From a bacterium (GTDB lineage Bacteria; Synergistota; GBS-1), in the NCBI GenBank assembly GCA_030153785.1, contig JASKLF010000012.1, positions 1 to 45,165 of the forward strand: a DNA stretch of 45,165 nt, given 5' to 3'. Each line of letters starts with the position of its first letter. The stretch's first letter is position 1. The notes below the pieces were generated by a model, which saw nothing but the letters and a program-made list of their open reading frames with translations, was not told where the DNA came from and searched no databases. Shown here piece by piece: positions 1-10,247 of the stretch. The translations under genes were made by a program, and so were the position numbers.

Positions 1-100
1 TAAGGAGGGAGTATTCTTTGAAGGGTAAGGAGAGGGCTAAGGAGTTTGATATAAAGGTGATAGCCCAGAAGTGGAAAAAGGTGCTGGAGGGATGCTTGTA

Positions 101-1414
101 ATGGTAAAACTTGAAGAATTACTTTCGGGAAGCGAGAGATTATGTGTGGTAGGGCTTGGGTATGTGGGTCTACCTTTGGCAGTGGAGTTTGCAAAGCATT
201 TTAATGTGATTGGTTTCGATATTAGTGAAAAAAGGATAAAGGAGCTGAAAATGGGTATAGATAGCTCCCTTGAGGTGAGCGAGGAGGAGCTAAAAAAAGC
301 GAAGATAGAGTTCTCTTCCGACCCTGAGGTTATAAGAAAATGCAAGTTTATTATAGTAGCTGTGCCAACGCCGGTTGATAAACTTAAGAATCCAGACCTT
401 GCTTTTCTGAAAGATGCTTCTTTAATTGTAGGAAGAAATTTACAGAGGGGAAGCGTCGTTGTCTATGAATCTACGGTGTTTCCCGGGGCAACGGAGGAAA
501 TATGTGTCCCCATTTTGGAGAGCGAAAGCGGTTTGACTTGGAAGGAGGATTTTTGGGTAGGATATTCACCCGAGAGGATTAACCCCGGAGATAGGGAACA
601 CCGCTTAAACACCGTGGTTAAAATCGTGGCAGGTGATACTCGGGAAAGCCTGGAGCTGATTTCCAATGTTTATTCCAAAGTTTGTCAAGCGGGGATATAC
701 AAAGCGAGGAATATAAAGACCGCAGAGGCAGCTAAGGTAATAGAGAATATACAGAGGGATATAAACATTGCTTTGATAAATGAATTGGCATTGATTTTTC
801 ACAGGTTAAACTTGGATACCAAGGAAGTTCTTGAGGCGGCAGGGACCAAATGGAACTTCATTACCTTTGAACCGGGGTTAGTCGGGGGACATTGCATTCC
901 TGTTGACCCTTACTACCTGGCCTATAAATCTTTGCAGGTTGGCCATGTGCCTGAGTTAATCTTAGCAGGGCGGAGGGTTAACGAGGGTATTCCTCGATAT
1001 ATAGCGCATGAATCTGTTAAGCTAATTATTAAAAGCGGGAAACCTGTGAAAGATGCCAGGGTTCTCCTTTTGGGCGTTACCTTTAAGGAAAATGTTCCCG
1101 ATGTGAGAAATAGTAAGGTTTTCGATATGATTGAGGAGCTACGGAATTATTCTATCAAAGTTTTTGCTTATGACCCGATAGCTAAAAAGGACGAGGTTAA
1201 AGGAGAATATGGTACAGATTTGATTGAAAGCATAGAAGACTTTATACCTTACGATGCCGTGATTTTGGCAGTAAGGCATCAAGACCTTTTAAAGAGGCTA
1301 AGCTTAAATTCTTTAAGAGAGCTTTTGACAGATCCACCAATTCTGATAGATGTAAAGGGCGTTTTTGAAAAAGATAAGGCTGAAGAGGCAGGCTTTATTT
1401 ATTGGAGATTGTGA
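101..1414 (+). CDS. Nucleotide sugar dehydrogenase (UDP-GlcNAc/GalNAc 6-dehydrogenase, WbpO/TviB-like)
   Basis: GLGYVGLP Rossmann motif, YESTVFPG, YSPERINPG, catalytic GGHCIPVDP. Start placed at ATG 101, downstream of GGAGG (86-90). Confidence 0.9.
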   Translation: MVKLEELLSGSERLCVVGLGYVGLPLAVEFAKHFNVIGFDISEKRIKELKMGIDSSLEVSEEELKKAKIEFSSDPEVIRKCKFIIVAVPTPVDKLKNPDLAFLKDASLIVGRNLQRGSVVVYESTVFPGATEEICVPILESESGLTWKEDFWVGYSPERINPGDREHRLNTVVKIVAGDTRESLELISNVYSKVCQAGIYKARNIKTAEAAKVIENIQRDINIALINELALIFHRLNLDTKEVLEAAGTKWNFITFEPGLVGGHCIPVDPYYLAYKSLQVGHVPELILAGRRVNEGIPRYIAHESVKLIIKSGKPVKDARVLLLGVTFKENVPDVRNSKVFDMIEELRNYSIKVFAYDPIAKKDEVKGEYGTDLIESIEDFIPYDAVILAVRHQDLLKRLSLNSLRELLTDPPILIDVKGVFEKDKAEEAGFIYWRL

Positions 1415-1490
1415 GAAGTCCGGTGCTTTGAAAAGTGTTTCTTTAGTATTAGGAAAGCAACAAGCCAGAAGCTTAAGATACCCTAAAATC

Positions 1491-1499
1491 TGATATAAT
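1491..1499 (+). promoter_or_regulatory. Extended -10 promoter (TGnTATAAT) upstream of the EamA gene
   Basis: TGATATAAT in the intergenic region; no clear -35. Confidence 0.45.
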
Positions 1500-1545
1500 G
1501 GAAAGGGATATTTTATTTTTCTATTCTCTGGAGGGGGAAAACAAA

Positions 1546-1971
1546 ATGAAGGCGGAGCTTTTTGCGCTTCTAACGGCGGCTTGCTGGGGTATCGGAAGCT
1601 TCTTTGAAAAGAAGGGTTTGGCTTTAGGTAATATTCCTCCCTTTGTGGGTGCCGTTATGAGAACCTCTATTTCTCTTCTCATACTTCTTTTTCTTGCGTG
1701 GCCTAATATTCAAACCGCCTTTAAGGCAGGTTTAAAGCCTTTCTTACTGGTTGCCTTCGGTGGAGGGCTTCTTGCAGGTGCACTGGGCATAGCCATGTTT
1801 TATACCGCTCTGAAGACCGGGGACATAGGAAAGGTTCTTCCCATAGCTTTTACCTCTCCCCTTTTTGGTGTCCTTATCAGTCTTATTCTTGGGACAGAAA
1901 GCCTTTCCCTTAAAAACGTTGTGGGAATGGTTCTTACCATATCGGGTATAGTTGTCTTGACCATGAGATAG
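1546..1971 (+). CDS. EamA/DMT family small membrane transporter
   Basis: About 5 hydrophobic helices, ALLTAACWG N-terminus, FYTALKTG..V.PI motif; GGAGGGG RBS before ATG 1546. Confidence 0.8.
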   Translation: MKAELFALLTAACWGIGSFFEKKGLALGNIPPFVGAVMRTSISLLILLFLAWPNIQTAFKAGLKPFLLVAFGGGLLAGALGIAMFYTALKTGDIGKVLPIAFTSPLFGVLISLILGTESLSLKNVVGMVLTISGIVVLTMR

Positions 1972-1995
1972 TCTTTAAAGAAGGAGGGTGGAGTA

Positions 1996-2691
1996 TTGGC
2001 GAAGAAGATACTCATCGTTTGCAGAGGAAATACTTGCAGAAGTCCGATGGCGGAAGCCCTTTTAAAAAGAACCCTAAACTCTGATGAGGTTGAAATTTCT
2101 TCCGCAGGCTTAAGCGCTATCGATGGTATGGAGGCTTCTCGCTGGGCACAGGAGGTCATGCGTGAGAGGGGAATAGATATAAGCTCTCACAGGGCAAGAA
2201 GTTTAAGGGAAGAAGATGTGTTGGAAGCGGATTTGATTTTAACTATGAGTCTTTCTCAGAAAAGGGAAATTTTAGAAAGGTTTCCTCATGCGAGGGGTAA
2301 GGTTTTTCTTTTGAGTGAAGTCGTTTTTCCTGACCTGTCAAGGGATATAGAGGAATACGAGAGGGCTCTTGAAAGGCTTGAGGAGGAGAAAGAAAGGCTT
2401 TTAGCCTTCGAAAAGGATAGACTCGAGTTCTTGAAAAATAGGTATGAAGAGCTGAAGAGGGAGATGAACGATATAGAAAGGGAGATTGCCATAATCATGT
2501 CGCGCGTGGAAAACCAGCTTTCCCCGCAGATTTTCTATGTGCGTAAGCTTGAGGAAAAGATAGCACCCTACGAGATTCCAGATCCTTACGGAAAGGGAAA
2601 GGAAAGCTATGAGTTGGTAGCTCGGAAATTAGAAGAGCTTTTAAGCATACTTGCCAAAAGGCTTAAGGAGAAGTGGCTTGATGGCCGATAA
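1996..2691 (+). CDS. Low-molecular-weight protein phosphatase (YwlE-like arginine phosphatase) with coiled-coil insertion
   Basis: P-loop VCRGNTCRSPMAE, SAG motif, C-terminal DPYG general-acid loop. Confidence 0.85.
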   Translation: MAKKILIVCRGNTCRSPMAEALLKRTLNSDEVEISSAGLSAIDGMEASRWAQEVMRERGIDISSHRARSLREEDVLEADLILTMSLSQKREILERFPHARGKVFLLSEVVFPDLSRDIEEYERALERLEEEKERLLAFEKDRLEFLKNRYEELKREMNDIEREIAIIMSRVENQLSPQIFYVRKLEEKIAPYEIPDPYGKGKESYELVARKLEELLSILAKRLKEKWLDGR

Positions 2692-2711
2692 ATAATGGGG
2701 ATGATGTTGGA

Positions 2712-3137
2712 ATGAACATATATGAACAGTATAGGCAGACTCAGGTTCAAACCGCTAAACCGGAACAGCTTTTGCTTATGCTCTACGATGGAGCTATAGG
2801 CTTTCTTAAGAGAGCGAAGGTGGCTATTGAGGAAAGGAATATAGAGGAAGCTCACACCTTTCTTGTGAAAACACAGGACATAATAGTTGAGCTAATGGTT
2901 TCGCTAAACATGGAGGTAGGAGAATTAGCTTTAAACTTATTTAGGTTATACGAATATATGCATCACCGATTGGTGGAGGCAAATATTAACAAGGACACCA
3001 AACCGATTGATGAAGTTTTAAGAATGCTTCAAGATTTGAGAGACGCTTGGGATATGGCTATTAAGAAGATGAGAGAAGAAAAGGTAGAAACTCCCGCAAC
3101 GAAACCCTTAAAGGGGGGACTTAATATTGCAGGATAA
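2712..3137 (+). CDS. fliS: Flagellin export chaperone FliS
   Basis: Y.Q.QVQTA.PEQLLLMLYDGAI, L..LYEYM..RL..AN and LRDAW motifs. Confidence 0.93.
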   Translation: MNIYEQYRQTQVQTAKPEQLLLMLYDGAIGFLKRAKVAIEERNIEEAHTFLVKTQDIIVELMVSLNMEVGELALNLFRLYEYMHHRLVEANINKDTKPIDEVLRMLQDLRDAWDMAIKKMREEKVETPATKPLKGGLNIAG

Positions 3138-3606
3138 GGAAAGGCGGATAGTTGACATCCTTAAAAGGGAGCTTGAGCTTTACGATGTCCTTGAAAATCT
3201 TGTTAGGGAACAGGAGAAGAAAATAGAAGAATCCGATATAGAGGGTCTTCTTAAGATTATAAGTAAGAAGCAAACGGTCATATCTGAGCAGGATAAGCTT
3301 AATGAGGAGCTTGAGGAAATTCAGAGCGGGCTTTCTGGTGTCATAGAGCGTTCCCAAGACAAGAGAAAGTTATTGGATTTTCTTTCTGAGGATGTTAAGA
3401 GGGAAGTAGAGGGAATTTTGGACTCCTTGAAGAAAAAGATTTCAAGGATTCTCGAATCAGAAAGTAGGTCAAGGGAGAAGCTTTCTCTGGAGATTGAGAA
3501 GGTTAAAGAAGCCCTAAGGAGTGTCAGAGAGGGGAAGAGAGCCGTTGCAGAATATTATGGTTCCTCAAAGATTCAGGAGCCAAGATTTATAGATCAGCGC
3601 AAATGA
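3127..3606 (+). CDS. FlgN-family flagellar export chaperone (probable)
   Basis: All-helical coiled-coil protein of 159 aa overlapping fliS, with a C-terminal Y...FIDQ tail typical of FlgN-like proteins. Confidence 0.55.
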   Translation: MQDKERRIVDILKRELELYDVLENLVREQEKKIEESDIEGLLKIISKKQTVISEQDKLNEELEEIQSGLSGVIERSQDKRKLLDFLSEDVKREVEGILDSLKKKISRILESESRSREKLSLEIEKVKEALRSVREGKRAVAEYYGSSKIQEPRFIDQRK

Positions 3607-4613
3607 AAAAGGTAGAAATTCTTTTTGCCTTTCTTTTAATTCTATTCCTTGTCTTTCCCTGTCTTGGAGCGACCGTTGATGAATCCAGGATGGGGAAAAA
3701 AATAGCTGAGGAAGTAGAGAAGGAATTTCCCCTCGTTAAAAACCCTGTGGATGTTTCTCGTGTGGAGTCTGTAGGGTATAGTCTTGCGCGTTTTTCTACT
3801 CGTCAGGATATAGAGTATAAATTCAAGGTCATAGCAAAGAAGGATATTAACGCCTTTTCTATACCTGGGGGATATGTCTACGTGTTCAAAGGCATGCTTG
3901 ACTTTGTGAGAACCGATTCGGAGTTAGCGGCGGTTATAGCCCATGAAATAGCTCATATAGAGTATAGGCATGCTCTAAAACAGGTTGCTACCGCACGAAA
4001 GATGACAGTTTATTCTCTTGCTATAGCATTGCTCACGAGAACGCCAGCGGGAATTTTACTGCCAGACCTTTTAAGCACCGCAATCTTGAATAAGTATAGC
4101 AGGGAGTATGAGGAGGAGGCGGACTTAAGGTCGGTAGAGCTTTTGATGAAAGCTGGTTATAATCCTGTTGGAGCTTTGACCATAATTGAACGGCTTTATA
4201 CGCTCTCTCTCACCCAGCCTCCCAAGGATTATGGTATAATGATGAGCCACCCGGAGCTTAAGGACAGAGCCCGTTATATTTTAAAATGCTTGAAAGACAA
4301 AGGTGTAGTCATAGATAGAAGAAAGGCTGCCAATTACCTACCCGTGAAAATTGGGAATGACGGTTTAAGTGTTTATATGGAAGATACTTTGATCTATAAA
4401 GCCTCTTCTCCAGAGGAGGCGCAAAAGTTAGCTTCAAAACTTGATGAGTCATTTAAGGTGGATTTAGAGCCCTTTCAAATAAGAGTTGAGGAGGGGAAGC
4501 TTACCGTAGATGGCGTTCCCGTAAAAAGTGGACCTGATGAAATTTTGAAATCTATTAGAGATAAATTGGTCAAGATACTTTTGGATTTCAGGATAAGATA
4601 TATGCCTTTTTAA
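3603..4613 (+). CDS. Exported M48-family Zn metallopeptidase
   Basis: Signal peptide, INAFSIPGG, ELAAVIAHEIAH (HExxH), YSREYEEEAD, SHP motif. Confidence 0.88.
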   Translation: MKKVEILFAFLLILFLVFPCLGATVDESRMGKKIAEEVEKEFPLVKNPVDVSRVESVGYSLARFSTRQDIEYKFKVIAKKDINAFSIPGGYVYVFKGMLDFVRTDSELAAVIAHEIAHIEYRHALKQVATARKMTVYSLAIALLTRTPAGILLPDLLSTAILNKYSREYEEEADLRSVELLMKAGYNPVGALTIIERLYTLSLTQPPKDYGIMMSHPELKDRARYILKCLKDKGVVIDRRKAANYLPVKIGNDGLSVYMEDTLIYKASSPEEAQKLASKLDESFKVDLEPFQIRVEEGKLTVDGVPVKSGPDEILKSIRDKLVKILLDFRIRYMPF

Positions 4614-4621
4614 ACCCTCTC

Positions 4622-4650
4622 TTGCAAAAATAGGAGTAAAATGTTATACT
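4622..4650 (+). promoter_or_regulatory. Sigma70/SigA promoter of the rimP-nusA-infB operon
   Basis: TTGCAA (4622-4627), 17 bp spacer, TG-n-TATACT (4645-4650). Confidence 0.75.
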
Positions 4651-4668
4651 TTGATTATAGATTTACAG

Positions 4669-4700
4669 AAGAGTGGGGAAAGCCCCGCTCTTTTGTTTTT
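4669..4700 (+). promoter_or_regulatory. rimP leader terminator-like hairpin (attenuator)
   Basis: AAGAGTGGGG-AAAG-CCCCGCTCTT followed by TTGTTTTT, between promoter and RBS; matches the conserved rimP/ylxS leader. Confidence 0.75.
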
Positions 4701-4716
4701 AAGGGAGTGATATAAG

Positions 4717-5220
4717 ATGGATGTAAAGACTGTAATTAGGAAGATTGAGAGCGAGATTCGAGGCGCTGTCGAAAAAGAAGGTGTAGAACTTTTAGGTGTG
4801 GAGTTAGTTACTGAGGGTGGCAGAAAGGTTCTAAGGATTTATATAGATTCTCCATCAGGTATATCTTTAAGAGATTGTGAGCGTGTTAGCAGAGCCGTGG
4901 ACCCCATATTGGATAGACTCGACCTTGTGGAGGGACGATACTTTTTAGAGGTTTCTTCCCCGGGGATAGAAAGACCGTTGTTTAAAAAGAGAGATTACGA
5001 GCGCTTTAAGGGTGAAAAGGTTAAGATTAGCACGGTCCTTCAGATAGAGGGAAGGAAGAACTTCACGGGCACAATAAAAAGCACGAAGGAGAATAGCGTT
5101 GTCATAGAAACAGATTCTGGAGATGTGGAGATAGAATTCGAAAATATTAACAAAGCTAAAATCGTGGTTACCGATTGGAATAAGGAAGTGAGGAAAGGGA
5201 GGAAGGGTAAACGTGAGTAG
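4717..5220 (+). CDS. rimP: Ribosome maturation factor RimP
   Basis: LRIYID..GI...DCERVS, Y.LEVSSPGIERPL; first gene of the nusA operon. Confidence 0.96.
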   Translation: MDVKTVIRKIESEIRGAVEKEGVELLGVELVTEGGRKVLRIYIDSPSGISLRDCERVSRAVDPILDRLDLVEGRYFLEVSSPGIERPLFKKRDYERFKGEKVKISTVLQIEGRKNFTGTIKSTKENSVVIETDSGDVEIEFENINKAKIVVTDWNKEVRKGRKGKRE

Positions 5221-6265
5221 AGAGCTAATGAGGGTTATAAAGCAGATAGAGAGAGAAAAGGGTATAAGCAAGGATATCCTTTTTGAAATGCTTAAGGCGG
5301 CTTTGGTTTCCGCTTATAAAAAGAATTTCGGTAGCAGTCACAATATTGAAATAGATATCGATCCATCAGATGGGGAGATTAGGGTTTTAGCTTTAAAAAA
5401 GGTTGTAAAAGATGTTAGAGACCCCCGTTTAGAAATTTCCGTTGAAGAAGCCGTTGAGCTTGGTGAAAGTCCAATAGAGGGTTCCATAGTCAAGGTAGAG
5501 ATAACTCCCAAGGATTTCGGAAGGATAGCGGCTCAAACGGCGAAGCAGGTGATAGTCCAAAGATTAAAGGAAGTCGAAAGAGAAGTAATATACGAGGAGT
5601 TTAAGGGTAAGGTAGGGGATATTGTCACAGGTAGCGTTTACAGGAGCGATAGGTCTCAGGTTATGATTAATCTTGGGAAGACAGAGGCCATATTACCAAT
5701 TCAGGAACAGATACCCACTGAGGAATACGAGCCGGGGAAAACTCTCAAGTTTTATGTTCTTGAAGTTAGGAAGACTACGAAAGGTCCCAAAATCGTAGTT
5801 TCTCGAACCCATCCCGGATTACTAAAGAGATTGTTTGAGCTTGAAGTTCCAGAAGTTCATGATGGAGTGGTTGAGATAAAGGCTGTGGTGAGAGAGCCCG
5901 GCACAAGGTCTAAGGTTGCAGTATACTCAAACGACCCGAACGTCGACCCTATAGGGGCTTGTGTGGGAGCTAAAGGAGCGAGAGTTCAGGCTATAAGTAG
6001 GGAGCTTTCGGGTGAGAGAATCGATGTAGTAGTCTGGGACCCTGACCCGTTGATCCTCATAGCTAATGCGCTAAGCCCTGCAAAGGTTATCAAAATTGAG
6101 AGGATAGAGGGAGAAGAAAGGGGAGCAAGAGTTTGGGTGCCTCCAGAGCAGCTTTCGTTGGCCATAGGAAGAGAAGGACAGAATGCCCGTCTTGTGGCAA
6201 GGCTGACGGGCTGGAGAATAGACATAAAACCCTATGAGGGGGAGTTGGATATTGGCGAAGGCTAA
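5213..6265 (+). CDS. nusA: Transcription factor NusA
   Basis: FGRIAAQTAKQVI, S1 and KH domains, AIGREGQNARL. Confidence 0.98.
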   Translation: MSRELMRVIKQIEREKGISKDILFEMLKAALVSAYKKNFGSSHNIEIDIDPSDGEIRVLALKKVVKDVRDPRLEISVEEAVELGESPIEGSIVKVEITPKDFGRIAAQTAKQVIVQRLKEVEREVIYEEFKGKVGDIVTGSVYRSDRSQVMINLGKTEAILPIQEQIPTEEYEPGKTLKFYVLEVRKTTKGPKIVVSRTHPGLLKRLFELEVPEVHDGVVEIKAVVREPGTRSKVAVYSNDPNVDPIGACVGAKGARVQAISRELSGERIDVVVWDPDPLILIANALSPAKVIKIERIEGEERGARVWVPPEQLSLAIGREGQNARLVARLTGWRIDIKPYEGELDIGEG

Positions 6266-6566
6266 GCATATTCCTGTCAGAACCTGTGTCGGTTGTGGTG
6301 AGAAAAAGGCAAAGCCCGAGCTTTTGAGAATAGTTAGAGGAATAGATGGAGGTATCTTTTTGGACCCATCTGGTAAAAAGAGCGGTAGGGGAGCTTATAT
6401 ATGTTTTAATCTAAACTGTCTTGAGAAGGCACTGAAAAAGAAAGCCATTCAAAGAAGCTTGAGGGTGGATAATGTAGATAGTTCTATAATAGAGGAGCTT
6501 AGGAAGCTTATAACCGAAAGGGGACATGGATTGGAAGACGGCAGTGGGGTTTGCTCGAAAAGCTAA
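6252..6566 (+). CDS. ylxR: YlxR/RnpM family RNA-binding protein (DUF448)
   Basis: P.RTCVGC...K.ELLRIV, GRGAYIC; TTG start at 6252 after GGGGAG. Confidence 0.92.
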   Translation: MAKAKHIPVRTCVGCGEKKAKPELLRIVRGIDGGIFLDPSGKKSGRGAYICFNLNCLEKALKKKAIQRSLRVDNVDSSIIEELRKLITERGHGLEDGSGVCSKS

Positions 6567-6831
6567 CAAAATCACGATTGGGAGAAAAGCGACAATAGAA
6601 GGTATAAGGAAGGGAAAGGTGCATCTTGTTATTTTAGCCAAGGATGCGGGTAATGGGATAAAGAGGGAGATTGAAAATCTTTCCGATAAAACGAATGTAA
6701 GGGTGCTGTCATTTGCTTCTAAGAGAGATATGGGGGAGGTCGTTGGAAGGGAAAGTTGTAGTATCCTCGGTCTGATGGATGCGAGGATGGCTCAGGGGGT
6801 GATAGAGTTTGAGCAAAATAAGGGTCTATGA
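6526..6831 (+). CDS. ylxQ: L7Ae-family RNA-binding protein YlxQ
   Basis: G.ARKA.K...G, LVILAKDA motifs; synteny between ylxR and infB. Confidence 0.85.
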   Translation: MDWKTAVGFARKANKITIGRKATIEGIRKGKVHLVILAKDAGNGIKREIENLSDKTNVRVLSFASKRDMGEVVGRESCSILGLMDARMAQGVIEFEQNKGL

Positions 6832-8599
6832 ACTGGCAAAGATAACGGGCCTTTCGTCCAAAGAGCTAATGGATAGGTTAAAGGACCTTGGGGTGGAGGT
6901 AAAAACACACATGAGCACGATAGATACGGAAATAGCGAAGCTTATAGAAGAAGATTTACTGGAAGAGAAAAAGGCTAAGGAGGAAAGAGTTTTAGTTGAG
7001 GAAAAGGAAGCCAAAGAAGAATTAAAGGAGGAAGCTGTAAAGCCTGAACAGGAGGTTGTTAAGGAAGAAAAGAGGGAATTAATATTCGAGCCGAGACCTC
7101 CGGTAGTTACGGTAATGGGGCATGTTGACCATGGGAAAACCACCTTGCTCGATACTATTAGAAAGACTAACGTTGCAGAAAGGGAAGCGGGAGGGATAAC
7201 CCAGAAAATAGGTGCTTCAGTGGTTGAGCGTGGAGGCAAGAAAATAGTTTTTATAGACACGCCGGGGCACGAAGCTTTTACAAAGATGAGGGCGCGTGGT
7301 GCGCAGGTAACCGATATTGCCGTTCTTGTAGTTGCCGCCGATGACGGAGTTAAACCGCAAACAATAGAAGCGGTTAATCATGCAAGGGCAGCTGGTGTGC
7401 CTATTTTGGTGGCGATAAATAAAATAGATAAACCCAATGCTAATGTGGAAAAAACGAAGAGAGAGCTGGCAGAGATAGGATTGATTCCTGAGGAATGGGG
7501 AGGAGATACCATTTGTGTTGAAGTTTCGGCTAAAAAAGGCACTGGGGTGGATGAACTTCTTGACATGATTATATTTTTAGCGGAGTACCTTGAGCTTAAA
7601 GCTGAAGTCAACGTTCCTGCGGAGGGATACATACTTGAATCACGGCTTGACAAGGGTAAAGGTCCTGTTGCAAGTGTCATAGTTAAAAAGGGAATTTTAA
7701 GGAAAGGGGATATCGTCCTAACAAGGACGGCTTATGGTAAAGTGAGAGCCATGTTTGATGATAAGGGTAAACAGGTAAACGAGGCGGGTCCTTCAATGCC
7801 CGTTGAAATAATAGGCTTGAACTCCTTGCCAGAGGCTGGTGATAGTTTTAAGGTTGTTTCAAGTGAAAAAGAAGCGCGAGAGGTAGTAGAGGCCTACTTT
7901 GAAGGGCTCAGGGAAAAGAAGCTTGCCGCAAAACCAAGAAAGATCACGCTGGAGGAATTTCTTAAACAGGCTCAAGGAGAAGAAGCTAAAGAACTTCGCC
8001 TGGTTATAAAAACCAGTGCACAGGGGGAACTGGATGCTCTAATTCCCATTTTGGAGAGGCTGTCTACTGATGAAGTAAAGGTGAGGTGTATTCACGGAGG
8101 GATTGGTAATATAACTGAAAACGATGTTATGCTGGCTTCAGCTTCTGAGGCAATTATAATAGGATTTAACGTTAAGGTTGATTCCAATGCAAAGCAGGCA
8201 GCCGAAAGGGAAGGAGTTCAAATAAGGCTTTACCGTATAATATACGATGTGGAAGAGGACGTTAAAGCTGCAATGATAGGTATGCTTGAGCCCAAACATG
8301 AAGAAGTGTTCTTAGGCAGGGCTGAGGTGCGTGCCGTATTTAAGGTTAAGGGAGGTAAGGTGGCAGGCTGTTATGTGTTAGATGGTAGCATACTTAGAAA
8401 TGCTAACGTTCGTGTAAAGAGGAATGATATGGTTATCTATGAGGGTAAAATATCATCTCTTAAGAGATTTAAAGACGATGTTAGAGAAGTAACAAAAGGG
8501 TTTGAGTGCGGTATAGGGATTGAAGGCTTTAATGATTTCCAGGAAGGGGACATAATAGAGGCCTTCGAAATAAGAGAAGTGAAGAGAACATCTCTTTAG
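6809..8599 (+). CDS. infB: Translation initiation factor IF-2
   Basis: RVYELAK N-terminus, [37 protein letters not shown]. Confidence 0.98.
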   Translation: MSKIRVYELAKITGLSSKELMDRLKDLGVEVKTHMSTIDTEIAKLIEEDLLEEKKAKEERVLVEEKEAKEELKEEAVKPEQEVVKEEKRELIFEPRPPVVTVMGHVDHGKTTLLDTIRKTNVAEREAGGITQKIGASVVERGGKKIVFIDTPGHEAFTKMRARGAQVTDIAVLVVAADDGVKPQTIEAVNHARAAGVPILVAINKIDKPNANVEKTKRELAEIGLIPEEWGGDTICVEVSAKKGTGVDELLDMIIFLAEYLELKAEVNVPAEGYILESRLDKGKGPVASVIVKKGILRKGDIVLTRTAYGKVRAMFDDKGKQVNEAGPSMPVEIIGLNSLPEAGDSFKVVSSEKEAREVVEAYFEGLREKKLAAKPRKITLEEFLKQAQGEEAKELRLVIKTSAQGELDALIPILERLSTDEVKVRCIHGGIGNITENDVMLASASEAIIIGFNVKVDSNAKQAAEREGVQIRLYRIIYDVEEDVKAAMIGMLEPKHEEVFLGRAEVRAVFKVKGGKVAGCYVLDGSILRNANVRVKRNDMVIYEGKISSLKRFKDDVREVTKGFECGIGIEGFNDFQEGDIIEAFEIREVKRTSL

Positions 8600-8616
8600 G
8601 CTGTTTTTGATAAAAG

Positions 8617-8898
8617 ATGTTTATAGGTGTTCTTGAAGTCCAGTTGAGGCTCTTTTCTGCAAAGACTCTTAAAGAGAAAAGAGCCTGTATTCAAAGAATA
8701 ATAGCAAGGTTAAGGAATACTTTCAATGTGTCGGTTGCAGAGGTTGGAGAAAACGATAAGTGGAGGGAATGCGTGTTAGGAATAGCTATGGTTGGAAACG
8801 AGAAAGCCTTCCTTGATAACGCCCTTAATAATGTTCTCTCTTTCATTGAAAGAGACGGTAGCGTTTGGATTGAAAACTGGTCAATTGAAATTCTATAA
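8617..8898 (+). CDS. ylxP: DUF503 family protein YlxP
   Basis: LKEKR....I..L...FNVSVAEV motif; conserved position after infB. Confidence 0.88.
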   Translation: MFIGVLEVQLRLFSAKTLKEKRACIQRIIARLRNTFNVSVAEVGENDKWRECVLGIAMVGNEKAFLDNALNNVLSFIERDGSVWIENWSIEIL

Positions 8899-8920
8899 AA
8901 ATTGAAAGAAGGGATTTGGG

Positions 8921-9313
8921 ATGAGCCAGGCTTTTAGAATAAAGCGTGTTGAACAAGAAATAAAGAGGTTTGTAGGAGAATTTATAGCGAGAGATTTGAA
9001 AGACCCAAGAGTTAAAGGGGTCAGTGTAACGAGGGTGGAAGTATCTAAGGATTTGAGATGGGCATGGGTTTATGTTAGCATTTATGGAGTTCCGAATTCA
9101 GCTGAAGTTATGGATGGGCTTCAGAGCGCAAAAAACTACATAAGGAAGGAATTGGGAAAGGAAATGAGGTTGAAAATAGTTCCCGATATAGTATTTAAGG
9201 AGGATAAGTCTATAGATTACAGCTTTCACATAGAAAAAATTCTATCCGAATTTTCCAAAGGAGATGAAGCGAAGGATGAAGAGAGAGATAATGGAGAAGA
9301 TAAAGCAGGCTAA
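8921..9313 (+). CDS. rbfA: Ribosome-binding factor A
   Basis: R..RV, KDPR, VT.VEVSKDL..A.VYVS, P...F..D.S. Confidence 0.96.
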   Translation: MSQAFRIKRVEQEIKRFVGEFIARDLKDPRVKGVSVTRVEVSKDLRWAWVYVSIYGVPNSAEVMDGLQSAKNYIRKELGKEMRLKIVPDIVFKEDKSIDYSFHIEKILSEFSKGDEAKDEERDNGEDKAG

Positions 9314-10247
9314 GGAGATTTCTATTATCTCCCATGAAAGACCCGATGGTGATGCCATTGGAAGCCTATTAGCCATGGGATTGGGAATAGAAAGGCTTGG
9401 AAAAACGGTTAAGATGTTTACCCCCGATGGCCTTCCTCGAATATATTCTTTCTTATCGGGAAGTGAAAGAATAAGAAGATTGGATATGTCAGAATTTAAG
9501 TCTTCTGATCTCTGCATCTTCCTTGATACGGCTAATCCCGAGAGGATAGGAGATGGCTTTGACTTGAAGAGCATAAGCTCTTTCATAATAAACATAGACC
9601 ATCATATCGATAACAAAGTTTATGGAGATATAAACCTCATAGATCCTTCTGCCTCAGCAACGGGAGAACTTGTCTATGAGATTTTACAGGAAGAAGAAGG
9701 GCTTATAACGCGCGAGGTGGCTGATGCCCTATATACGGCCATACTTACGGACAGCGGAAGGTTTAGTCACAGCTCTACATCTCCCAAGACTCATATAATA
9801 GTAGCCGACCTGCTTTCGAAGGGCGCGGACAAGACGAGGATAACGAGGCATCTTTACGAGAATAAGCCCTTTAGCCTCCTTAAGCTTATAGGCAAGGTTT
9901 TAGATAAGGCGGAGATTGCCTTTGATGGAAGGGTAATTTGGAGTTCCCTTTCCGAAAGGGAGCTTAAGGATAATGGTTTTGATATCGTAGAGTCTGAAGG
10001 TTTTCTATATTTCCTCAGGATGAGCGAAGGGGCAAAGATAGTCATTCTCTTTAGAGAGATGATAGAAGGAAAGGTAAGAGTGAGCTTACGTTCCAATGAC
10101 GAAGATATCAACGTAAGGCTTTTGGCTTCCCGCTTCGGAGGAGGGGGCCACGACATGGCTGCTGCCTGCACGCTGGATACTAACCTCGAGGAGGCAAAGA
10201 GGCTTATCTTTGAGGCTATACGAGAGATGTTTCAATGGAAGGCGTAG
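9264..10247 (+). CDS. nrnA: DHH/DHHA1 nanoRNase/pAp phosphatase
   Basis: HERPDGDAIGS, IDHH, TDSGRF, FGGGGH..AA; exact start uncertain. Confidence 0.9.
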   Translation: MKRRMKREIMEKIKQAKEISIISHERPDGDAIGSLLAMGLGIERLGKTVKMFTPDGLPRIYSFLSGSERIRRLDMSEFKSSDLCIFLDTANPERIGDGFDLKSISSFIINIDHHIDNKVYGDINLIDPSASATGELVYEILQEEEGLITREVADALYTAILTDSGRFSHSSTSPKTHIIVADLLSKGADKTRITRHLYENKPFSLLKLIGKVLDKAEIAFDGRVIWSSLSERELKDNGFDIVESEGFLYFLRMSEGAKIVILFREMIEGKVRVSLRSNDEDINVRLLASRFGGGGHDMAAACTLDTNLEEAKRLIFEAIREMFQWKA

